Position numbers and translations under genes: made by a program. Shown here one piece after another: positions 12,801 through 21,532 of a DNA stretch of 64,000 nt. Numbering within the stretch: the stretch's first letter is position 1; each line of letters opens with the position of its first letter. The stretch is from Phallusia mammillata. Its lineage: Eukaryota. The notes below the pieces were generated by a model. That model saw only the letters and a program-made list of their open reading frames with translations. It made no database searches and was not told where the DNA came from. Location: contig OZ281496.1 of NCBI GenBank assembly GCA_965637545.1, positions 20,770,001 through 20,834,000 on the forward strand, written 5' to 3'.

Positions 12801-15800
12801 CCTTTGTCTGTATGTTGCAATGATTAGTTCATTTTACTGTACAACGTGGTCGAGTAAGGTGATTTATTACTGCATTAAGTAAATTCGTTTGTGTTGCATT
12901 TTTAGAGACGAATAAGGCTAAATTAAATATTGTGACGACTGACTAATTAATCTTCAAGTGAAGGCTGTTTACCGTGATTGTCGGTGAGTGTTTAATTCGA
13001 TTTGTGACCTAAATTAATTCATGGCTTTATGTGTGACTTATGGCATGCTGTATTTTCCTATAGTGATTGCAGCGATTGTTTCATCGTCTTGCAACTGTTG
13101 ATACGTGTACTGTACCTGTTGACCTGTGTCGCAAAATAGTTGGTAAGTTAGTCATTGGCATTTTTGTGCGTTGACATATGTCAATGTGTTTCGTTTTCTT
13201 GTTTAGAAAACCGTTCCCGTACCCGTTCCCGTTTCGTTCTCAACCCTGTTTCTGTCCGTTCCTGATTGTGTACGACGTTGTGGTTGTTGCCGCTGTTGTC
13301 GCTGTGGATTATTACACGTGATTCGGGAAGTGTGATTTGTGTGGGAAAGGGCGGGGCGTGTTTCAACGTGACAAACCCCTTTGTGAGGCTCAGCCTTGCA
13401 GGTCGGCCGTTCAGAGTCTACACTCACCAAGAATATTTAACACCGACTCTATTGAGTTTTGAAACCACTCTGACGGAAGCTGGAGTAAACCACGTGTTCG
13501 TGACGTCAATACGTGTTGTGTTTATTGGATTCGTGATGTTTATAGAAGTCATGCACCGGTCGCTCTTAAGTTTGGCAAGTTCAGTCGTTGCTAGTAGACC
13601 ACCTAACAGTGGCCATGTATAAATAGACACACCTTGTGAAGTGGTACGATGCTGTAAAATGACAGGAAAATGTGTACAAAAATACGACATTTTATACTAC
13701 TGTTCTATGGTGGTATATACTTAACCAATGCATGTATACTTAAACAAGTTAGTCTTTGTATTTGTGCAGTTAAGGTAAAAACAACAGATCACAATAAATG
13801 AAGGCTTAAATGGCACCTTAACCGGTTTCCATAAACGTTTTTGTGTACTCGTCTTTTCACATCCAGTGTATCATCATATACAACCACACATAGACGAGGC
13901 CGAAATAATTTTTGTAAACTACATTGAAGGCCTTTAAATTTAAAACTAGAACGACATTTTTAAAACAATCCGGGTCAGACGTGTTGCATTTGTAAACAGA
14001 AGCGTCTCAGACCTTTTCGACATTGCCACCTTCGACGGAACGTAACGTCTAACTCTAAAGTTTTTACCTCTGAAGCCAACATAGAACGTAATTTACAAAT
14101 TAAAAAACATTATAAAGGCATAATGTTTTTGTAAAAAATGATGTAAGCATGAGTATTTTTAGGTTAACTTCTAACGCCCTAATTTTTTACTGTTTGACAC
14201 TGCTTCGTACCAATCTTAATCGAGCTGCTCTTTATCTCTATGAGTCACTGCAGTGCTTTGAAATCATAGGGCCGATTGCTCGTCACTAGGACTAACGGTA
14301 ATCTGACTATTTTACATTTTGTGTATTTGTGAGCCTTTTAGGCCACGTGTCTTTTTTATCGCAGGGACCGCTTCGCTTTAAAATTTAATTATAAATTAAT
14401 TTTTTCAGGCGATAGAGATTCTGAGCAAAAATCCTAAAGGATATTTTCTGCTTGTCGAAGGAGGATTGCTTGATAAAGCTCACCATCAGGGATTGGCAAG
14501 ATATGCTTTACAGGAGTTTATCGAAGTCGACAACGCCATCGAGGTCTGTATTAACTCGATAATAATTGAATAAACCGGGGAACGGTCCGGCGCGCCTGAC
14601 CTTTATACCGACGTAAAAAAAAATCTTGATCGGGATTCGTCCCCGGAAGCGTCCTGGGTTCGAACCCCGGGAAAAAAGGATGCTGACGGTTGGGTCATTT
14701 GGGTTGCGTTTGCTTTTATAATAACAATAAAACCTACTTATAAACTTAGTTTCTAACAATAAATTAAATTATTTACCCTATCCGCAGCCTCACTGTCGAT
14801 TTTAAAAACTGTGCTCTTTGCGCCATTTAACGGTTGTAGCAAACGTTTGTCTGCTGTGACTTCTTATGTTAGTGGATCAGAGTTGCAAGTCGGGCCGGGC
14901 TTTTCGGGCCGGGTTCGGGTTCGGGTTCGGGCCGGGTTCGGGATTAGGTATTTGTCAAAAAACGGGCTCAAAACGGGCCTGACTTTACGTTCCGTTTCCG
15001 CCATTTTTAGTAACAATTCTCTGGCTTTGCCCTAATGCCCACCCGACTATAAAACGTAATGTTTACCCCATTGTCAACGATTGTTCATTGTGTTTGTCTT
15101 CTTATTTTTTTTCTTTCTCATACTTTGTTGCAAGGTTTTCGTGGATAGGCCTGTCAATCAAAATTTCGGGCCCAAACGGGCTTCTCAAAAACGTTTGGGG
15201 TTCGGGCCGGGCTTCGGGCTCAGATTTCGGGCCCGCTTGCAACTCTGTAGTGGATATACCTTTTTCGACAGGTTGCACGTGCTATGACTTCAGAGGAAGA
15301 TACTTTGTTTTTGGCTACGGCTGACCACGGTCACATGTTTACATTTGGTGGTGGGGCAGTAAGGGGAAATCCTGTTATGGGTGAGTGTTCGGAATATAAA
15401 GCGTTAGAAAAAAAAGATTTGTTACCCTTAACAATATCGACGTATATTAAGCTTTCTTGTGTGTTAATAGGCCTTGCCTCAAGTCAAAGACATCCCACAA
15501 AAGCGCTCGACCTCCGATATTTTACTTCGATTCTCTACGGAACTGGACCGGGATTCTCGATTTATTCTAAAACCATTCCTGTTCGAAAATCTATAAAGCC
15601 ATGGGAAATATGTAAGTATTTACATTTATCGCATGATTTTGCGAAAGTCCTTGTCAATATGAACCCATACGTTTGTAGGCCCAGCGCACATGGATTTTTG
15701 TAGTATTCAACCAAACAAAGTGGATGATGTGGTTGGCCAAAATTGGCGTAAACATTTACTTTTTAATTAACATATTTCAAGGAGGTTTTAGGCTTAGTCA

Positions 15801-16913
15801 CAATATACTTTTTTGATACGCCAGTTCAGTAATGCACACAAATTAGTTACCACTTTACTTGTATGATGCGAATAAACAATATCCCCATATAGATGTTCTG
15901 GTTGCTCAAAAAGTTATGACGTTTATAGATTCAAAGTCGTTTCGTCCACAAAGTGCGATTCCGCTTAATGCTGGCACGCATAGTGCAGAAGACGTCGTGG
16001 TGTACGCCAGTGGTCCAATGTCCCATCTCATACACGGAGTCAACGAACAGTCCTATATTGCTCACGTGATGTTCTACGCCGCCTGTCTTGGTAAGATTTA
16101 TCACGTATGCACCAAGTAGACCCAGTCTTTGGCCACGATTGAGTAGCAAATCAAATCCCTGACGAGTCCAAGACGTCACGTTCCGTTTTCACTGGTACGC
16201 TAAAAAATGGCGTGTGTACTCTACGTGTACTCTAATCGGCAACAAACCTTTCCTTTTATATTCATTCACACTTTACAACCTTATTCAAATAAAATTGAAT
16301 TAAACTTAAAAAGATGAAATAAAGTCTAAACAACCCCAAGTTTTACACCAAAAGCGAACACACGCTTTTGAGGCAATACTTGTCCAGCTCGGTATTCTAT
16401 AATGTTTTATTTTAACAAGAGATTTTTAGAGAGCTTGATTGCAGCAAAATGCGCCCGCCATTTTTTTCAAATAAAACAATGGTAATTTGCACCCGGTGGA
16501 AGCGCGACGCGATAAAATTGGAACTAGAATACAAAAGAATAGCGTCTGCAACAATAGATGGGACGCACAAAAACCATATTAACGAGATGACAGAATGTTG
16601 TCACGCGGCGATCAATAACATACATTTTGCTAAGTTTTTTCATCGGTTGATTTTTTTTGAAATGTGTTTCGATAGCATTACAGTTTGACAAAACAGCGAT
16701 CGTCGATGAGCATGTTGCCTGTCTGGGAGTCATACACTGTTTGCTCTTTGATTCTCAGTAATATTATTTAAATTTTTAGGGGAGGAATACAAGCAATATG
16801 CGCACTGCCAAAATCAAAGTTCATTATCCGAAAAGCAAATGATGGAAAGCAAAATCACCACCGAAATCGAAGAAGATGGTTTCGAACCAGAAGCTGAAAC
16901 TGAAGACATTTAA
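822..16913 (+). CDS. ALP: Alkaline phosphatase (animal type), 12 coding exons, signal peptide, no GPI signal
   Basis: Exons 822-879, 1594-1848, 3161-3319, 4151-4229, 4626-4719, 4850-4995, 5300-5450, 14409-14543, 15272-15380, 15471-15611, 15929-16090, 16780-16913, all GT-AG and phase-compatible. Motifs: [23 protein letters not shown] (catalytic Ser), [56 protein letters not shown]. Read-through of the 16091 donor instead stops at 16119. Confidence 0.93.
6045..6765 (+). repeat. 5' LTR of BEL/Pao #1
   Basis: Direct repeat of 12702-13422 (offset 6657); starts TGTTACA, ends TACA. Confidence 0.97.
6875..12609 (+). CDS. gag-pol: BEL/Pao gag-pol polyprotein (Gag with three Cys-His knuckles, protease, RT, RNase H, integrase), frameshifted at about 12063
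   Basis: ORF 6875-12094 continues in ORF 12016-12609. [13 protein letters not shown] / [14 protein letters not shown] / C..C..HHTLLH; AFLDIGS; [25 protein letters not shown]; [23 protein letters not shown]; [15 protein letters not shown]; the expected GGAWERMVR is broken by a 1-nt deletion. Confidence 0.95.
12702..13422 (+). repeat. 3' LTR of BEL/Pao #1
   Basis: Follows the PPT, matches the 5' LTR, followed by TSD CTCAC. Confidence 0.97.
14878..15247. mobile_element. Non-autonomous hAT element (MITE) with GGGTTC/GGGCC subterminal repeats
   Basis: TIR CAGAGTTGCAAG...CTTGCAACTCTG, 8-bp TSD TAGTGGAT on both sides; ends 24 nt upstream of the AP exon starting at 15272. Confidence 0.9.
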
Positions 16914-17561
16914 ATAATTTTTTCCTCGAAATGTTTTATTAATCTAAATTTACCTAAACTTTTTATGTTACAACGTAATTGGTGTTCTGCCCTTTAAGTT
17001 TGTGCTCTTTAGCCGACCTCATTTTTTAAAAATAAACCAACCATTCGTTTACGTATAACATTCTTTATTATAGCATGTAGAATAGAAGAGAAAACAATAA
17101 AATAAAACAAAATATAAACAAATGAGGTTAGAGAAATGGCAAATATCCTCATAAATAGTACAGCATGGCCGTAAATACAACTTCGACCAATCAACGTGGT
17201 TAGTAAAAAAACAAGAAAATAAGTTAGTAATTTGCAGCGTTAGTGCGCGTTCTAATGTTAGTGTAACATACATACATGAATTCGTAGAACAAATAAACGT
17301 AGACTACAGAAAAAACGGGTAAACCCACAAAAATCAAAATTTACATGCTAATGATGGTTAGTGTCCGTTTCTATAGTTAGTCGTTTTCTGTTCAAGTTTT
17401 TTATGATTTTTAAAGTCGCGTAAGATGACTTTTACTGCGCAATTCAAGATTTCTTAATATCCAACACTTTTACACAATTTTTAAATTCACAAGCGCAAGC
17501 CTATTTTTAGAAACCGAAAAACATAAAATGAAACAAAGGAAGACGATTTAGTTGAGATGAT

Positions 17562-20500
17562 TTATCGACAAGTAGCACCGAAACGACGTCCGTATCCATA
17601 TCCTGGTTTCAGGCAAGTACAACTGACGGATCCAGCACATCTTTCCTTCCACATTCCACGATATCCGTAGGGTTTCGGGCAAAACGCCACACAACCTCCG
17701 GTACAAACTGGGGCATCGTATTGTCGGCCTTGACCGCAATTACACGTCGATTTTTCTGCGTTGTTGCCTTGGCAACGGCCGCTGCTGCATTGGGCTTTGC
17801 ACGCGTCTAAAGATATATGACGAAAGGTTAGATTTCGATAGAATTGATGTTACATGAACGCAATATTTTAAAATTGTCATGAATATTTTTAATAGCGTGT
17901 TCTAACTGTTAACCGCTTTTTTTCGAGTTTGTTTAACTTTCATTAAAATCTCTTTCGTAAAATTTGAGCGCTACAAAAATATTACGACAAAAAATAGAAA
18001 AGAATATTACCACAAAGTACACAAACTATTGTATTAAACTATTTCAATCAGTGTCAAATGGATCTGTCAATATATCGAGTTTAGTGTTTCACAAGAAAAT
18101 TGTTTTTGCAAATACTAAATAAGTTTGGAATTTTGTACCTACAAAAAAACTTATCACTTACTCTTCGGTGGTTTAACATTAGCTGGGAACTTCATTGGGA
18201 CATTTCCAGCTGCTTGGTAATGTGCAACAATATATATTTCGTTTCCACGCTTCTTTAAACCACATCCTACTTTGCTGCTGCCTTTCCACACGAGCTGCGT
18301 AAAATGACCTGTGAAAAAAAGTTTCTAATAAGTAAACAAAACAATTGTCAAATACGGGGGGTAAACACATACGTGTAGATGCAAAACTATCTTTTGTTTT
18401 GCTGTTGAACACAATTTTATTTAAAAAAATCGAAATAATTTTTCATGAAATCACGGTAAATAGGATAGGATCAGTAACATTGTGAACGTTATTAAAAAAC
18501 TTAAATATTTCAATTACTTGTTTTGTCGTTGTAGCCTGGGTTCTCGTGATCGTAGTTGAGTCCTTCCGCATACCAACCACTAACAGCTTGGTATATATTG
18601 AACTGGTTGTACCGGTTCATTTGCCAAGCAATATTTTCACCAACGTCTTGCTCTCGATCGATACCTGAACATAAAACAAGAGCATTATTAACTAAACATA
18701 GGTAACTAAAATATAGGGGTTACATTTGGCAAAAAGGAATTTTTAATTTCATACCGGTTATCACATCATTAAATGTCTGCTTTATATGGTTTTAACCAAT
18801 TGTTGAATTGAATTATCAGGTGTTTTATTGTTCTAACGCTAAATGAATAAAAATAAAAATGATTTCACAAACAAATAGGCAGAACAAGTGAAAATAATAA
18901 TTGCCGTTACTTTTCGAGAACCTAAAATGAGAACTACTAGATATATTAGGTTGATAGAGAAGTCATACAAAAATCTACATCACTTACCAACTAACGAGGG
19001 TTTAACTGACGCTGCACCATACATTCCATCATTCGCCATCTTGATTGCATACGAGTATGCGCTTGTTGCTAAAATGTCGTCGTATTCGAGCTCTGGGACA
19101 TTGTGAAGGCATCTGTAGTAGTTGTGTGCAGCCAAGCACTGCTCCTGCAAGCTGGCTTGCATCTGGATCTTGTATTGTTTGCATTCACGTTTGACCTCAT
19201 ACTGCAAAGTGTTTTCGGGGCCGAATTTCTTCTTTGTAATGCTTGTTCCGTTGTCCGTATCATTTCCGTAGAGTTCACTCAAGATTGCATAAACGTCCTC
19301 TGCGAATAAAGGAATTTGTTTTATATTTGTTGATTAAGCTTTTATCGCACAGTGCACGTATGAAACACGTTATGTCTCATATCAAAATTAAAAGACATCG
19401 GACCGCACAAATTTTAACGACAATGGATGAACATAAATTTTGCATCGGACAAGCCCTAAAACGTCTATTTCAAAACAGTCTGGCAATTACGGCACACACA
19501 TGTAAATTATAGTACGCTAGGTCTATTGACAGCGTCATAACGAATCAGCCGGTCATCAAGCATGTCAAAGCACAGGCTAGAAAAATCTAGCCGGCGATGG
19601 GATTCGAACCCACGACAGGAGCCTTTCCGGGACTCGCGCTCTACCAAATGAGCTACATATATGTAGCACATATGAGCTGGTCAGTGGTGAGCTGGTTTAG
19701 TTGTAAGAATTGCAAGCACCGTTGTGGCATTTTTACTATGGCATTCGGTAAATCCAAATTTACAAAACAAATCAAAAGTGGGGTGTAGCTTACCGGGTGA
19801 ATATGTGCTGATTGGTTCATCGGTGGGAGTTGGGGTCGGTTTGTAGCCTTGGGGTGGCGCCGGAGGTGCGGATATGAGGGACGGGAGTTTAGGTGGTGCT
19901 CTACATTTCTTGCATAGCCCACAGCTAAGTTTGCAGTTGGACTGCATCCAGTCGGTGTAGTCAGGATATGTGCAATACCTCATTTCTGTAGCAAGTCTTG
20001 GGCAGTCGTCACGTAGATCCTCACAGTCTGTATGTAAAGTCAATGTTAAAAAATGCTCAGTTTAAAATTACTATTAGATTTTGATTAAATGTGCCTAGTT
20101 TTGAGTTGGACTGGGCGATAGAATTTCTCTTATTAACGGTTTAACTTCCGTGGTTGCATTGTTATTGCAAACAGAACCCCTTTAATGCCGAAATAGAATC
20201 ACAAATCAAACAGAAGAGTGTATGACTTTTCTAAAACAATATTCCTACCGTTAGAGCAAGGTGGTGCTTGGTATACGGGTGGAGCTTTGCAGGGCCGGCA
20301 TTCTTCACATGTTACCCTACAATGTTTGCGCACCACAAGACCATGACTGCTCGCTTCCGAACATTTGCCCTTCAGAGCAAACTGGCACCATTGTGGTGAT
20401 TTGTCGAAACAAGTTTTCTCTGCAAAAATGATATTTTTTGTTAATGCAACAAACCGAAATATGTTAAATTTTCATAGATGAGGAATTGATTTTTTCGGAC

Positions 20501-21532
20501 TTTCGGCGGAGGGCACAGACGCTACTTTATCGTATCTTAGCAATAATTTATTTGTATTTGTTTGCTTATTAGTGGAAAACGAACGTGAAAATGTTAGCTT
20601 TAGTGGCTATTAAGTTGATACTTTTTCTATTGGAATATGTTTCTGCTATTGGAGAAATCGTACAATATCAGCATAAATCTAGGTAGATTTGTACAATATA
20701 TTGTACACTAACCATTCAGGCCCAATTTTCAACAAAGTTTTGTTCACACATTTTTAGGCAAAAATATCGCCGGCAAATAATTTCTCGTATGGTCCTTTGT
20801 TCGTTTCTCCTTACCTGATTCGCATTTTTTCTGTTCATACGTGCACGGTGTACAGGAGCCACATGTCTTGGGGCAAGCTCGCTTTGCTGCAAGATTTACG
20901 CCGAGTTTTGGTGAGTTGCATTTTGTAACTTGCAGCATGCAAAAGAGTGTGTTCATGTCCTTGCAGTCTTCATCTGAAAAATTAAACAATTTTTAGCACT
21001 ATTCAAAATAATATATTTAATTTTTTGTATCTCAAACTGAAACTGCTGTTAATTAAAAGTATTTCAACTGTCACTTACCACAACTTGGTCCGTAAAAACT
21101 ACCCAACGGTGAGGATGGAAAACCAGTACCCAAAGATGATGGGTAACCAGTACCCAACGAAGAAGGGTAACCAGTACCCAACGAAGAAGGGTAACCAGTA
21201 CCCAACGAAGAAGGGTAACCAGTACCCAACGAAGAGGGGAAACCAGACCCAGGCGATCCTGTGCCTAAAGATGATGGGTAACCCGTACCTAACGAAGAAG
21301 GGTAACCTGTACCCAATGACGAGGGGAATCCAGTGCCAGGCGAAGGAAGACCAGATCCTGTGGACGAGGGACCCAAATTAGGGTACCCTATCCCTGTAGT
21401 CGATGGTAACCCAACACCCGCCCCACTGGGGTCTGGAGGATTGAATGGGGAAGGTAAACCTGAAGGATCGAACGGATAGAGAAGGTTGGCCTCTGCAATA
21501 AGCACGGCAGACAGAAGGACGAGGTATTTCAT
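17562..21532 (-). CDS. Gene A: secreted ShKx3-CAP-Cys12 protein with N-terminal GYPSSLGT repeats
   Basis: Exons (minus) 21532-21079, 20973-20815, 20419-20249, 20027-19794, 19299-18988, 18664-18518, 18308-18162, 17806-17562. Signal MKYLVLLSAVLIAEA; ShK ends CPKTCGSC, CRVTCEEC, CKLSCGLC; CAP motifs AHNYYRCLH, VGENIAW, HFTQLVW, VAHYQAAGN. Confidence 0.9.
19589..19658 (-). pseudogene. 5'-truncated tRNA-like sequence or tRNA-derived SINE head in an intron of gene A
   Basis: Minus strand reads TAGCTCATTTGGTAGAGCGC...GTGGGTTCGAATCCCATCGCCGGCT: A box, B box and T arm present, 5' acceptor strand missing, followed by TTTTT. Confidence 0.6.
21110..21340 (-). repeat. Coding 24-bp tandem repeat, (GYPSSLGT)n, about 9 units including degenerate ones
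   Basis: Plus strand unit AAGAAGGGTAACCAGTACCCAACG repeated; in frame within the first coding exon of gene A. Confidence 0.9.

Larger units (their letters stand above)
6045..13422 (+). mobile_element. Full-length BEL/Pao LTR retrotransposon #1, sense orientation in alkaline phosphatase intron 7
   Basis: LTRs 6045-6765 and 12702-13422 (721 bp, TG..CA, no difference seen), 5-bp TSD CTCAC (6040-6044, 13423-13427), PPT AGGTGGGGGTA at 12691-12701, gag-pol ORF. Confidence 0.97.

Noticed and set aside
5660-13830. Weak TTAA-bounded inverted similarity around BEL/Pao #1, suggesting an older host transposon
   Set aside because: Match too degenerate to define TIRs or a TSD.
21025-21381. Plus-strand ORF with (NQYPTKKG)n
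   Set aside because: Antisense reading of the gene A repeat; signal peptide and splice sites support the minus strand.
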